Position numbers and translations under genes: made by a program | The notes under the pieces: generated by a model | Seen by the model: the letters and a program-made list of their open reading frames with translations, nothing else | What the model was told of the DNA's origin: nothing | The model's database searches: none | Origin: an uncultured bacterium | GTDB lineage: Bacteria; Calescibacteriota; Calescibacteriia; Calescibacteriales; Calescibacteriaceae | Length of the DNA: 64,000 nucleotides | Assembly (NCBI GenBank): GCA_938036315.1 | Contig: CALHPK010000001.1 | Location: 144,109-208,108, forward strand | Direction of reading: 5' to 3' | Shown: positions 1 to 10,639 of the stretch, one piece after another | Layout of the letters: every line of letters starts with the position of its first letter | Numbering within the stretch: the stretch's first letter is position 1

Positions 1-1092
1 AAATGAAATTCTAGGATCATTTACTATCGCCTTCATCTTTTCAATCACATCAAAATAAGAGTATCCCGGCAAAAGTCTTATATCAATTACTGCTTCTGCT
101 TCCTCCGGTATAACATTTTCTTTATATCCAGATTTTATCATCGTAATACTGAGTGTGTTTGACACCATAGCTTGTAGCTTAGGTTTCGATTGCAAAAGCA
201 AATATAAAATTTCCCCCAATATTTTTCTAACAGCTTTACTCTTTTCGACTATCGAAAGTAAAGGAGAAAGGATTGTGCCCATTTTTGAATTCCTTACAAC
301 ATGTACATCAATAGCTTTTATAAAATTTTTTGTGAACTCTCTACCGAAGTTCGTTTCTGAAATTTTGGACAATGCCGATAGCAGAATAAGGTTGGGATTT
401 TCTTTGTGTGGCATTGAAGCGTGCCCAGACTTTCCTTTAGCGACAATCTTGAGCCACAATGGACCTTTCTCTCCAAAGCATGGTAGATATATCTTTTTCC
501 CATTCAGAATCGCTCCTGTTCCACCCTCGTTTATAACCCCAAATCCCTCTATATTTTCATTTTCCACCACAAACTTCGCTCCCTTTTCTCCTCCCATCTC
601 CTCATCAGCAACAGAAATATATCTTATTGTCCTTCTGATTGGAATTCTGAGTCTTTTTACCAATGACATAGCAACTGCTTCACAAACTGCAAGTCCCTTA
701 CAATCTATCGCCCCACGACCCCACACATAGCCATTTTTTACCTCGCCTGAAAACGGGGGGACAGACCACTCCTTAGGATTTGCCGGGACGACATCAAGAT
801 GACTCAAAAGTATCAACGGTTTAAGCTTTGTATCCTCACCCTTGAGGTCAGAAATTATACTTACCCTTTTAGGATCGGATTCAACCATTCTCGATTCTAT
901 ATTGAATGAGTTAAAGTATCTTTGAAGCAAAATTGCAGCTTCGTACTCGTCGCCGGGAGGGTTTGTTGTATCTACTCTTATCAAATCGCGCAGAAGCGAA
1001 ACACTTTCATCCCCAATTTCATTCCATCTTATAGAAGATATTATATCGCTAATCTTTTTTCTTAACTCTTCTTTGCCGTTTTTACCCTGCAT
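1..1092 (-). CDS. M20 family metallopeptidase (ArgE/DapE/acetylornithine deacetylase-like), 3' end runs off the window
   Basis: Hand translation of the minus strand from ATG at 1092-1090 gives MQGKNGKEELRKK...LLSHLDVVPANPKEW...GRGAIDCKG...ISVADEEMGGEKGA...GEKGPLWLKIVAKGKSGHASMP. This matches the M20 HxD / D / EE metal-binding motifs. The ORF track misses it because the stop lies outside the window. The plus-strand ORF 155-730 is low-complexity antisense. Confidence 0.7.
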   Translation of the reverse strand, partial: MQGKNGKEELRKKISDIISSIRWNEIGDESVSLLRDLIRVDTTNPPGDEYEAAILLQRYFNSFNIESRMVESDPKRVSIISDLKGEDTKLKPLILLSHLDVVPANPKEWSVPPFSGEVKNGYVWGRGAIDCKGLAVCEAVAMSLVKRLRIPIRRTIRYISVADEEMGGEKGAKFVVENENIEGFGVINEGGTGAILNGKKIYLPCFGEKGPLWLKIVAKGKSGHASMPHKENPNLILLSALSKISETNFGREFTKNFIKAIDVHVVRNSKMGTILSPLLSIVEKSKAVRKILGEILYLLLQSKPKLQAMVSNTLSITMIKSGYKENVIPEEAEAVIDIRLLPGYSYFDVIEKMKAIVNDPRISF

Positions 1093-1200
1093 ACTTTAAT
1101 TTTAGTAATTAGTAATTTATTCAAACACAAAAATAAAATAAAACAAAAGGTAAGAAACTTACATTTGCAACACAGCAAAGTAAAATGATAAAATAATTTT

Positions 1201-1812
1201 TTGATGTATGTACCTTTTGTAATAGAGCAGACCAGTAAAGGGGAACGGGCTTACGATATATGGTCAAGACTCCTTAGCGAAAGAATAATATTCATTGGTA
1301 GCCCCATTACAGATCAGGTAGCAAACGTAGTAGTTGCTCAACTCCTTTATCTTGATGCCGAAAATCCAGAAAAAGATATATACGTTTATATAAATTCTCC
1401 GGGGGGAAGCATCACAGCAGGACTTGCCATATATGATACAATACAATATGTAAATTCAGATGTCGCTACAATATGTATAGGTCAATGTGCATCTATGGCC
1501 ACGGTGATTTTAGCATCGGGAACACCCAGTAAAAGATTCGCCCTACCACACTCAAGAATTATGCTACACCAGCCTTGGGGGGGAATAGAGGGAACAGCCC
1601 AAGACATAGAAATACACGCTAAAGAAATACTTAGACTAAAAAAAATAGTGAATGAAATATTAGCCCAACACACAGGACAAAGTCTGACAAAAATAGAACA
1701 AGATACATCAAGAGATTTTTTTATGTCGGCAGAAGAAGCACTAAAGTATGGAATTATAGATAAAATTATATACCCAAATAAAGCTTCTCAAAAAACCGCT
1801 ACAAAAAAATGA
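1201..1812 (+). CDS. clpP: ATP-dependent Clp protease proteolytic subunit
   Basis: [22 protein letters not shown]...[20 protein letters not shown]...MLHQPWGG carries the canonical ClpP catalytic-triad context, and the length is typical (about 200 aa). Confidence 0.92.
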   Translation: MMYVPFVIEQTSKGERAYDIWSRLLSERIIFIGSPITDQVANVVVAQLLYLDAENPEKDIYVYINSPGGSITAGLAIYDTIQYVNSDVATICIGQCASMATVILASGTPSKRFALPHSRIMLHQPWGGIEGTAQDIEIHAKEILRLKKIVNEILAQHTGQSLTKIEQDTSRDFFMSAEEALKYGIIDKIIYPNKASQKTATKK

Positions 1813-2384
1813 TTCAGGAGGAAAAACCAATGGTTATGCCCGACAAATGGATAAAAAAAATGGCAATAGAGTATGGGTTGATAGAACCCTTTGAAGAAAA
1901 ACTTGTAGGTAAAGGAGTAGTATCATTCGGCCTATCCTCATACGGATATGATTTCAGAATTGCCAACGAATTTAAAATATTCACAAATGTAAATTCAACC
2001 ATAGTAGATCCTAAAAAGTTTGACGAGAAATCATTCATCACAGTAATAGGAGACTTCTGCATAATACCGCCAAATTCATTTGCTCTTGGACGCTCAGTGG
2101 AATACTTCAGAATCCCGCGAGATATACTAGCTATATGCATTGGGAAATCAACTTATGCAAGGTGCGGAATAATAGTAAACGTGACCCCACTTGAACCATC
2201 ATGGGAAGGCTACCTCACAGTAGAGATCTCAAATACCACCCCACTACCAGCAAAAATATACGCATTCGAAGGAATAGCTCAAATCATATTTATAAAAGCA
2301 TCTGAAGAATGCGAAATATCATATGCCGACAGAAAAGGGAAATATATGAACCAGCCCGGTATAGTTCTTCCAAAAATAGAATAG
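1809..2384 (+). CDS. dcd: dCTP deaminase
   Basis: [42 protein letters not shown] matches the Dcd/dUTPase-fold signature. The start overlaps the clpP stop (ATGA). Confidence 0.8.
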   Translation: MIQEEKPMVMPDKWIKKMAIEYGLIEPFEEKLVGKGVVSFGLSSYGYDFRIANEFKIFTNVNSTIVDPKKFDEKSFITVIGDFCIIPPNSFALGRSVEYFRIPRDILAICIGKSTYARCGIIVNVTPLEPSWEGYLTVEISNTTPLPAKIYAFEGIAQIIFIKASEECEISYADRKGKYMNQPGIVLPKIE

Positions 2385-2502
2385 TTGTATGATCTTAAAA
2401 GTAACCCGAGCGGTAAATCTCCGTAAATTTTGTCTTGATGGTAAAAAGGCTAAATCTAATTACCTATAACTAATCTATTGCTAAATATCAATCTAACATA
2501 AG

Positions 2503-3549
2503 ATGAAAGCATGGATCCTTAACAAGTTTGGTTACGACGGGATAAACTTGCGTGAAGTAGATAAGCCAGTAGCGGGATTCGGAGAGGTTGTAATCCGTGT
2601 TCTGGCATGTGGGATATGCTACAGAGATATAATCGATATACAAGGGGGATTCAAATATACCGTGCTCCCAACAGTTCCTGGACATGAAATATGTGGGGTA
2701 GTTGAACAAATCGGCGAAAAAGTTGAGAACCTTTCAAAAGGAGATATAGTAATATCGCGACACGGAGCTTTCTGCGGGAAATGTGAACTCTGCCTTTCTG
2801 GAAATGATAATCTATGCATTACTGCACCGCAAAAGTTTGTCCACTCAATCCCAGGGGGATATGCCGAATATGTAAAAGCTCCTGAATCTGCTTTTGAAAA
2901 AATTCCGCCAACCTTACACAAAAAATTTTCCCCAGCTGAACTGTCTACAATCTTCTGTGCAGTTGGAACAGCTTTCAGAGCATTAGTATCTCAAGCTCAG
3001 GTAAAGCCAGGCGATACAGTACTTATCACTGGTGCAGGTGGTGGAGTGGGAGTTCATGCGGTCCAGATTGCAAAATTTCTCGGGGCATATACAATAGCCA
3101 TAACTACATCTACAGAAAAAGCTGAAAGGCTAAAATTACTTGGAGCAGATGAAGTCATACTAGCAACTAAGCAAAATTTAAGATTTAACGAACAGGTTAT
3201 GTCAATAACAGGAGGAAGGGGGGTTGATGCGGTTATAGAAAATACTGGCTCAATAGGTCTTGAGGCAGCGATAAGGAGTTTGAAAATCGGGGGAACATTA
3301 GTACTTGTAGGGAATATAAAAGTGGATAGATATCCTCTGAATCCCGGAATGGTGATAACCCGTGAATTAAAACTTAAGGGCACAGTCGGGATAACCCATA
3401 ATGAACTACAAAATCTATTCAAAGTTTTAGAGTATAGCAATATAAAACCTATAGTCCACGCAGAGTTCCCCCTTGAAAACATGATGGATGCGCACAAATA
3501 TCTGACAGAAGGTAAAACCTTCGGAAGAATTGCCCTGAAACCAACTTAA
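2503..3549 (+). CDS. Zn-dependent alcohol dehydrogenase (MDR superfamily)
   Basis: GICYRDI...PGHEICGVV is the catalytic Zn site, C..C..C..C (CGKCELCLSGNDNLC) is the structural Zn site, and GAGGGVGVHAVQIAK is the Rossmann motif. Confidence 0.8.
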   Translation: MKAWILNKFGYDGINLREVDKPVAGFGEVVIRVLACGICYRDIIDIQGGFKYTVLPTVPGHEICGVVEQIGEKVENLSKGDIVISRHGAFCGKCELCLSGNDNLCITAPQKFVHSIPGGYAEYVKAPESAFEKIPPTLHKKFSPAELSTIFCAVGTAFRALVSQAQVKPGDTVLITGAGGGVGVHAVQIAKFLGAYTIAITTSTEKAERLKLLGADEVILATKQNLRFNEQVMSITGGRGVDAVIENTGSIGLEAAIRSLKIGGTLVLVGNIKVDRYPLNPGMVITRELKLKGTVGITHNELQNLFKVLEYSNIKPIVHAEFPLENMMDAHKYLTEGKTFGRIALKPT

Positions 3550-3601
3550 AAATAAAGGAAAATTGAAAAATCAAGGTTCAGGAAAACTATTCTATTGAAT
3601 T

Positions 3602-3877
3602 ATGGGAAAAGTAGAAGATTCCCTAAATTTACTGAGAGAGCTTGGAGACGAAGATCTGAAATCAAGATTATTAGAATCAAGAAAGGAACTTTTCGCGCTC
3701 AGAACACTCACCTGGAGAGAGGGGAAAACAAATCCTGCAAGAATAAGAGCTCTGAAGAAAGAAATAGCAAGAATACTTACAATTTTAAAAGAAAAAGAAT
3801 TGAGTAAGAAAGCACAAAATGCAGTAGATGGTCAGCAGGGCAGTGATAGAGAAATGGGAAGAAGAAAAAACAGATAA
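3602..3877 (+). CDS. rpmC: 50S ribosomal protein L29 with an unusual ~25 aa basic C-terminal extension
   Basis: LRELGDEDLKSRLLESRKELFALRTL...NPARIRALKKEIARILTILKEKE aligns to the L29 helix-turn-helix consensus (ELRE.S.EEL...L...K.ELF.LR). The gene is not in an S10-operon context. Confidence 0.7.
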   Translation: MGKVEDSLNLLRELGDEDLKSRLLESRKELFALRTLTWREGKTNPARIRALKKEIARILTILKEKELSKKAQNAVDGQQGSDREMGRRKNR

Positions 3878-4664
3878 ATATTTCGTTGGGACATCTGGAT
3901 TTAGTTACCAGGATTGGCGTAAAGTTTTCTACCCCAAAGACATAAAATCACAAGATTTCCTGCGCTTCTATTCAAAACATTTTAGAACAACCGAAATAAA
4001 TTCAACTTACTACAAAATCCCATCACCAAAAGTTATTGAAAGCTTGCGCAAAAAAGTCGATAAAAACTTTGTATTCTCCGTGAAAGCCAACCAAATTTTC
4101 ACACACTCAAGAGAATATTCAACCACAGACACTGCTAAAATGAAAGAAATCTTAGGATCATTTGGAGAGAACCTAGGAGTGGTCCTCTTTCAGTTCCCCT
4201 ACTCATTCCATAGATCTACTAAAAATGAAGAATATATAAAGAAGTTGAGAGATGATTTTCAAGAATTTGAAATAGCTTTTGAGTTCAGATCCTCTGAGTG
4301 GGTCTGTTCAGAAATCTTTGAGCTTCTCCAGAAAATAGATGTTATATTTGTGTGCGTTGATGAACCAAAAATCAAAGGGTTACTACCTCCTATATTTACC
4401 TTGACATCCAATAAAAAAGTGTCATATATCAGGTTCCACGGGAGAAATGCTGAGAAGTGGTATAACCACCAAAAACCCGAAGAAAGATATGACTACCTGT
4501 ACTCTGAGGAAGAATTAACTGAATGGGTGAGCAAAATCAGAAGTTCCAAAGCCAAAGTGCGAAAATTATTCGCATACTTTAATAACCATCCAAAAGCCCA
4601 AGCTGTCGAAAACGCAAAAACCTTCGAAAGGCTTCTTAATCAAAGTGAAAGTGCTCAATTCTAA
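3828..4664 (+). CDS. DUF72 (UPF0759) family protein
   Basis: KYFVGTSGFSYQDWRKVFYP...FRTTEINSTYY...VLFQFP is the DUF72 signature. The annotated start overlaps rpmC by 50 nt, so the real start may be further downstream. Confidence 0.7.
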   Translation: MVSRAVIEKWEEEKTDKYFVGTSGFSYQDWRKVFYPKDIKSQDFLRFYSKHFRTTEINSTYYKIPSPKVIESLRKKVDKNFVFSVKANQIFTHSREYSTTDTAKMKEILGSFGENLGVVLFQFPYSFHRSTKNEEYIKKLRDDFQEFEIAFEFRSSEWVCSEIFELLQKIDVIFVCVDEPKIKGLLPPIFTLTSNKKVSYIRFHGRNAEKWYNHQKPEERYDYLYSEEELTEWVSKIRSSKAKVRKLFAYFNNHPKAQAVENAKTFERLLNQSESAQF

Positions 4665-4829
4665 GCACTATTCTATTGAACATTCTTCAGAAGATTTACA
4701 TCTCAGTGCTGAATCAAAGTTGAAAAAAGTTGAAATTAGATATTCCAGTAAAGCATAAATCCACACAAAATACGATATAAATTAAATATATAGCATAGAC
4801 AGAATATATAAGCAAAAAATACAAAACAG

Positions 4830-6515
4830 ATGGAAAAGATAGGACAAATTCTTGAGAGGTTAGGAGTCTCTCCCGAGAAGATCAAAGAGGCTCTATCCAT
4901 ACAGATGGAGAAAGGGGGAAGACTGGGAGAGATACTTATTAGAATGGGAGTTATAAACGACAGCATACTTGCAGAAGCTCTATCAATACAGCTTAACCTA
5001 TCTCTAAAAAAAACAATATCGAAGGAAGAAGTCGCTGAGGATATGTCATCTCGTTTCCCATCACATGTAGTAAAAGAAAAGAAATTTGTAGTCCTAAAAA
5101 ACCCAAATTCCGATGTGGCAGCAGTAGCAGTTGCAGATCCAACGAAAATTGACATAATACTTGATCTTCAGAAAATTTACAAAAAAGCACTGAAAGTTTT
5201 CTGCGCTCCACAGAGCGAAATAGAAAGAATCATAAATGAGATATACGGATTTGGTGCAGGAATAGAGGTATCAAAAGAGGTCGAAAAGGCAGAAGAAATA
5301 TTTGCAGCAGAAATAGAGGAGACAACTAAAGATATTCTCGAAGAAAAAGGCGATGCTCCAATAATAAGGTTCGTTAACGCTTTATTCTTTCAGGCTGTCA
5401 GACAAACTGCTTCTGATATCCATATAGAACCTGCAGAAAAAGAAACATCTATACGTATGAGGATTGACGGTGTTTTACACGAAGTAATAAAGATCAGCAA
5501 GAACCTACACGAACCGATAGTCTCAAGAATAAAAGTAATGTCCAGACTCGACATAGCGGAAAGGAGAATTCCCCAGGATGGTAAAATAAAGCTCAAAGTG
5601 GCAGGGAAAGATATAGATGTTAGAGTATCTACTCTGCCAACGGTCTTCGGTGAAAGAGTTTCTCTGAGAATTCTTGATAGAACCGCAACTATTCTCAAAA
5701 TTGAAGAACTCGGAATGGAAGAAGATATTCAGGAGAAAATAAAGAAGTTAATCAGAAAAACCTATGGTATGATACTTATTACTGGGCCAACTGGTTCCGG
5801 TAAGACAACGACTCTGTACGCATGCCTTTCTGAAATAAACTCCCAAGAAATAAATATAATAACTATAGAAGATCCGATAGAATACCAGCTGAAGGGAATA
5901 AACCAAATTCAGGTGAATCCCAAGGTAGGTCTTACCTTCGCAACTGGTCTGAGATCTATCTTGAGACAGGATCCAGATGTTATAATGGTTGGAGAAATAA
6001 GAGATAGCGAAACAGCATCTATAGCAATCCACGCTGCACTAACTGGACACCTTGTCCTATCGACTTTACACACAAATGATGCCCCATCTGCAATAACAAG
6101 ACTTATTGACATGGGAATAGAACCATATCTTATATCCTCTGCAGTGTTCGCAACACTTTCCCAGAGATTGGTCAGAAAAATTTGCACAAACTGTATCTTC
6201 CCCTATGAACCAGACCCAAGAGAATTAGAGATACTGGGACTTGCCAGGGAACAACTCCCAGATGGAGTTCTATTCAGAGGTCGCGGTTGCAGAGATTGTC
6301 TAGGAACAGGTTTCAAAGGAAGAATAGGAATCTTCGAGCTCTTCCTTATAGATGATGAAATAAGGGAATTGATAAATGAAAAAGCTGATTCTATGAAGCT
6401 AAAAACAATCGGGATATCAAAGGGTATGAGAACACTTCGAGAGGATGGAATTCTCAAAGTAATAAAAGGTATAACAACCCCCCAAGAAGTAGCCAGAGTA
6501 ATTCAAGAAGATTAA
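4830..6515 (+). CDS. Type IV pilus / type II secretion ATPase, PilB/GspE family
   Basis: The N-terminal region looks like a T2SSE_N domain. Walker A is GPTGSGKTTTLYA, with Asp and His boxes present. A C-terminal CxxC...CxxC zinc finger is present (CTNC...CRDC). Confidence 0.85.
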   Translation: MEKIGQILERLGVSPEKIKEALSIQMEKGGRLGEILIRMGVINDSILAEALSIQLNLSLKKTISKEEVAEDMSSRFPSHVVKEKKFVVLKNPNSDVAAVAVADPTKIDIILDLQKIYKKALKVFCAPQSEIERIINEIYGFGAGIEVSKEVEKAEEIFAAEIEETTKDILEEKGDAPIIRFVNALFFQAVRQTASDIHIEPAEKETSIRMRIDGVLHEVIKISKNLHEPIVSRIKVMSRLDIAERRIPQDGKIKLKVAGKDIDVRVSTLPTVFGERVSLRILDRTATILKIEELGMEEDIQEKIKKLIRKTYGMILITGPTGSGKTTTLYACLSEINSQEINIITIEDPIEYQLKGINQIQVNPKVGLTFATGLRSILRQDPDVIMVGEIRDSETASIAIHAALTGHLVLSTLHTNDAPSAITRLIDMGIEPYLISSAVFATLSQRLVRKICTNCIFPYEPDPRELEILGLAREQLPDGVLFRGRGCRDCLGTGFKGRIGIFELFLIDDEIRELINEKADSMKLKTIGISKGMRTLREDGILKVIKGITTPQEVARVIQED

Positions 6516-6636
6516 CCCACAAGATGAAATTTAAAAGCAACTTGGCAAACACTCTCATTATGACAATATGACTATAAAATCCTAATCCTAAAAAGACTGC
6601 AAAAACAATTGAGCTCTCAAATAGATAGAAATTGAT

Positions 6637-6672
6637 ATATCGAGTATGAGCCCAATATCGAGTATGAGCCCA
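6637..6672. repeat. Perfect tandem 18-bp direct repeat (atatcgagtatgagccca x2) in the pilB-atpA intergenic region
   Basis: Read directly from the sequence. Confidence 0.7.
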
Positions 6673-6839
6673 AAAAGCTTATCAGTGTAAGCCAAAAAGT
6701 CCCAGCAAGTAGTACCGAGATGAGAATCTACCTTAAATTATAAGAGTGAACAAAAAAACTTGTTTTTACATTCGTCTATAAAAAATAACCTATAGAAAAT
6801 AGAAATTGAGGAAAAAATAAGAACTGGGGAGTAAACGCT

Positions 6840-8366
6840 ATGATAGGAGCAGATGAAATATCTCAGATAATAAAGCAGAGAATAAAGGAGGTTGAATTTG
6901 AGGCTAAATTTGATGAGATAGGAATCATCACATATGTCGGAGACTACATCATAAGAGCTTACGGGTTGACCCAAGTTATGGCGGGTGAAGTTGTTGAAAC
7001 TCAATCAGGGCAGAAAGGGATAGTTCTGAATCTCGAGGAGGAATCGGTTGGTATAGCAATTATGGGGAACATTGAAAATGTAAAGGAGGGGGATGTAGTC
7101 AGAAGGACGGGGAAATTGTTTGAAATTCCTGTGGGCAAGGCGGTACTTGGGCGTGTCATAAACGCAATAGGAGAGCCAGTTGACGGTCTTGGCGACATAA
7201 AGTATGAGGAGACCAGACCCGTAGAGGTGAAAGCTCCGGGTGTCGTTATGAGACAGCCCGTCCGCGAGCCCCTCCAGACCGGCATAAAGGCAATAGACGC
7301 AATGATCCCAATAGGTAGAGGTCAGAGAGAACTTATAATAGGGGATAGACAAACAGGAAAAACAACAATTGCAATAGATACTATAATCAATCAGAAATAT
7401 GCATCCCCTCCTGTTTACTGCATCTACGTAGCAATAGGACAAAAACTACAATCAATCGCACAGATTGTAAGTACATTGAGAGAGAACGGGGCGATGGAAT
7501 ACACAACGGTTGTTGCCGCATCAGCTTCTGAACCTCCTACTCTTCAGTATGTAGCTCCATATGTAGGTTGCACAATCGGAGAGTATTTCAGAGATAATGG
7601 TATGCACGCTCTGATCATCTACGATGATCTAACAAAGCATGCACAGGCTTACAGAGCTCTGGCACTACTCCTCAGAAGACCCCCTGGAAGAGAAGCATAC
7701 CCGGGGGATGTTTTTTATCTGCACTCACGCCTTCTTGAAAGAGCTGCAAAGCTCTCAGATAAATACGGCGGAGGATCTCTAACAGCTCTCCCAATAATAG
7801 AAACCCAAGCTGGAGACGTCTCCGCTTACATTCCAACGAATGTAATATCCATAACAGATGGTCAAATATACCTTGAGCCGGAACTTTTCTACGCAGGAGT
7901 TAGACCAGCTATAAATGTAGGAATTTCCGTCTCACGCGTTGGAGGAAATGCCCAAATAAAAGCTATGAAAAAAGTCGCTGGAATGCTTAGATTGGAACTC
8001 GCTCAATACAGAGAGCTTGAGACTTTCGCTCAGTTCGGCTCCGATCTTGATCCCGCAACTCTCAGACAAATCGAAAGAGGTAGAAGGCTCACAGAAATCC
8101 TAAAACAAGAACCCCGAAAAGTCCTTCCCGTTGAAAAGCAAATAGTAATAATTTACGCTGGAACTCGTGGATATCTTGATAAATACCCTGTTCGCCTGTG
8201 CAGAAAATACGAAGAAGAACTATACAAATTCCTTGATTCAAAATATAGCAACTTACTTCAAAAAATAAGAGAAGAAAAAGAATTAACTCCTGAGATAGAA
8301 GAGGAAATTAAAAAAGCTCTCTCAGAATTTGATGAGTTCTTCTCCTCCTATGCTAAATCAGCATAA
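6840..8366 (+). CDS. atpA: F0F1 ATP synthase subunit alpha
   Basis: [19 protein letters not shown] is the Walker A motif, [48 protein letters not shown] is the alpha-subunit signature, and the 508 aa length fits. Confidence 0.93.
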   Translation: MIGADEISQIIKQRIKEVEFEAKFDEIGIITYVGDYIIRAYGLTQVMAGEVVETQSGQKGIVLNLEEESVGIAIMGNIENVKEGDVVRRTGKLFEIPVGKAVLGRVINAIGEPVDGLGDIKYEETRPVEVKAPGVVMRQPVREPLQTGIKAIDAMIPIGRGQRELIIGDRQTGKTTIAIDTIINQKYASPPVYCIYVAIGQKLQSIAQIVSTLRENGAMEYTTVVAASASEPPTLQYVAPYVGCTIGEYFRDNGMHALIIYDDLTKHAQAYRALALLLRRPPGREAYPGDVFYLHSRLLERAAKLSDKYGGGSLTALPIIETQAGDVSAYIPTNVISITDGQIYLEPELFYAGVRPAINVGISVSRVGGNAQIKAMKKVAGMLRLELAQYRELETFAQFGSDLDPATLRQIERGRRLTEILKQEPRKVLPVEKQIVIIYAGTRGYLDKYPVRLCRKYEEELYKFLDSKYSNLLQKIREEKELTPEIEEEIKKALSEFDEFFSSYAKSA

Positions 8367-8374
8367 GCATTTTT

Positions 8375-9247
8375 ATGCTCATCTGGATTTCGCTTTCTAT
8401 CCTCTCTGGACTCTTCACAGCTCTTTCTGATGTTGTCACAAAGGTTTACATTGAAAAATACAAGGTCTCAAGCCTTTTTGCTCTATTTGTACGTTGGCTT
8501 TTCTCATCGATTATGCTCATACCACTACTTTATTACTCAAAAAATGTAGAGGTAAAATATATTGTCGTATTCATAGCATCAATACCTATTGAAATTTTAG
8601 CTTCGTATCTTTACACAAAATCAATAGAGATTGGAGAAGCTTCCGAAGTCCTACCTTTTCAATCCATAACGCCAGTTTTCATACCTCCGATTGGATATTT
8701 CTTTCTTGGAGAAAACTACTCTTTGATTGGGCTGGCAGGAATTTTGCTCGTAGTAGCCGGCGGATACATAACTGTTGGAGGATGGAAAAAAGTTAACCTA
8801 CCAAGCCTCCTCAAATCCATCAAAAACAAAGGCGTACTATATATGATCTTGTGTTCCTTGATATACTCTGTAACGTCGGTACTTGGACGATATATGGTGA
8901 TAGGATTTGGACCAGAATTTTTTGCAAGCTCATACATGATATCTCTTACTCTCTGCCTTTCCCCATTTTTCATCAAAAATTATGGCACATACGGGATAAT
9001 AAAAGCTTTGAAGGAATGGAAAATGGGAACCCTTCTTGGATTCACCCTGGTTTTAGCGATTATTCCTCATTTTTTATCCATAAAATATCTTGAGACCGCA
9101 TACATGATTTCACTGAAAAGGACAAGCGTTATTTTTTCTGTAATCTTGGCTTATATAATTTTACACGAGTCAAACTTCGGAACAAGATTGATAGGGTCAA
9201 TTCTTATGTTTTTAGGAATAGTAGTTATTTCCTTGAGTGCGATGTAA
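8375..9247 (+). CDS. EamA/DMT-superfamily transporter
   Basis: About 10 predicted TM helices arranged as two repeated EamA-like halves. Confidence 0.65.
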   Translation: MLIWISLSILSGLFTALSDVVTKVYIEKYKVSSLFALFVRWLFSSIMLIPLLYYSKNVEVKYIVVFIASIPIEILASYLYTKSIEIGEASEVLPFQSITPVFIPPIGYFFLGENYSLIGLAGILLVVAGGYITVGGWKKVNLPSLLKSIKNKGVLYMILCSLIYSVTSVLGRYMVIGFGPEFFASSYMISLTLCLSPFFIKNYGTYGIIKALKEWKMGTLLGFTLVLAIIPHFLSIKYLETAYMISLKRTSVIFSVILAYIILHESNFGTRLIGSILMFLGIVVISLSAM

Positions 9248-9366
9248 AAATGCAATACCAAAGCTAAAAAAATTCGGAAGCAAAAAAAATTCGGACGCAA
9301 AGCCCTTTGCTCCGGCAATTACTCTATTCAGCTACATTAATTGATCGCTCAGCTTTGTAATCATAC

Positions 9367-10497
9367 TTAGAATAGCTCAGCTTTCATCTTGAGAAGCCTT
9401 CTTGCTTTCTCCTTTGCTATCTCGTTTGGGAGCTTGGCCTCAGGTATAGACCCTGAGTCGGTTTCAAGTATATACTGAATCATTTCATCAAATATTTGTT
9501 CGCCTGTCTTTTCTGTGAAGAGAGCTGAAACTTCAGGTGAAGAAATCTGTTTATATTCTTCTTCAAGCTTTTTGACCTGTTCTTGAAGCTTCTGCCTTAC
9601 CCCCTCATCCTCTACCTCTTCTATGGTTGATTTATAACCTTCTATTTTCTCTCTTAATCTTTCTACCTCCTCCTGGTATACCTCTTTCTCGGTTCTATCT
9701 TTCAGAAGTGTCGCGTAAAATTGAGCGTATGGAACATATGCAAGCAAGAATTTTCCATCAGATTTTCTAAAGGCTCTACTGAAAAATATCTTTGATTTTG
9801 TTGGACTCCCCCCAAGGATACTCGGAGCAGTCGCATAAAAAGAAGCTCTCAAGATCAGCGGAGTCCCATAATAGTAGCCTTCATCCAATTCAATAAGTCT
9901 ATCCATAAAAGCTAGGAGTTTTGAGATTTCTGCAACAGTCTCCGGAGTCCCTCCAGATGCTGAGATCCAGTACGCAAGGCAGGATGTATACCAGAAGGCT
10001 AATTTTATATCATCTTTACTTATGGTCTTAGCAAGATCTTCGAATTGAGCTTTATTTTCTTTCAACAACTTCAGAACCTCCGCAAATTTTTTATTCCTCA
10101 AGGATAACCCTTTTTCTGCATGCATATATCCTTTGCGGTATAGAATAGAAGCCTTCTCCCTGTCTTCATCTTCTACAAAAGCAAACCCCCATGAACAGTA
10201 AGCTTCAGCAAGAGCCTCAAGAATTACGGTATTGTTAGGATCGAGCATAAGAGCGGTTTCCATAATCAGTATATTTGAAGCTATGCCAGAACCTAAGACA
10301 AAAGGAATATCATACCTCTGAATCAGAGGTGAGAACTCAGCAGTAGTTTCAGCAGTAGTCACAACAGCTATCTTCTTTATATTGCAAGAAGCAAAAAGCA
10401 ACCCGCCTATCAACGATGCCAATATAACTTTTTTACTTTTACTTCCACCAACCATCACCATCATTCCTCCTTCAGCTTTCTCAAATATAATTTCCAT
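9367..10497 (-). CDS. Helical/TPR-like lipoprotein, possibly TatT-family-like
   Basis: A signal peptide with lipobox (LLFASC) is followed by an all-alpha repeat-rich body. The family assignment is tentative. Confidence 0.35.
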   Translation of the reverse strand: MEIIFEKAEGGMMVMVGGSKSKKVILASLIGGLLFASCNIKKIAVVTTAETTAEFSPLIQRYDIPFVLGSGIASNILIMETALMLDPNNTVILEALAEAYCSWGFAFVEDEDREKASILYRKGYMHAEKGLSLRNKKFAEVLKLLKENKAQFEDLAKTISKDDIKLAFWYTSCLAYWISASGGTPETVAEISKLLAFMDRLIELDEGYYYGTPLILRASFYATAPSILGGSPTKSKIFFSRAFRKSDGKFLLAYVPYAQFYATLLKDRTEKEVYQEEVERLREKIEGYKSTIEEVEDEGVRQKLQEQVKKLEEEYKQISSPEVSALFTEKTGEQIFDEMIQYILETDSGSIPEAKLPNEIAKEKARRLLKMKAELF

Positions 10498-10639
10498 TTT
10501 AAAAAATATACTTTAATTAATTAATTATGTAATTTATTTTTTCAACTTTTCACAGACCTTTTCCTGCACCCTGTAGTAAACATCAAATCCTGTCATTAAC
10601 AATTTTTGGATTCTTCAGCTATTTTACTTACGTAATCTC

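Noticed and set aside
155-730. Plus-strand 191-aa ORF at the window start
   Set aside because: It has low-complexity Pro/Ser/Phe-rich composition. The opposite strand encodes a convincing M20 peptidase across 1-1092, so this is an antisense artefact.
3587-4681. 13-bp motif ctattctattgaa occurring twice, flanking rpmC-DUF72
   Set aside because: It is too short to exclude chance in an AT-rich genome. It is mentioned only as context in the L29 finding.
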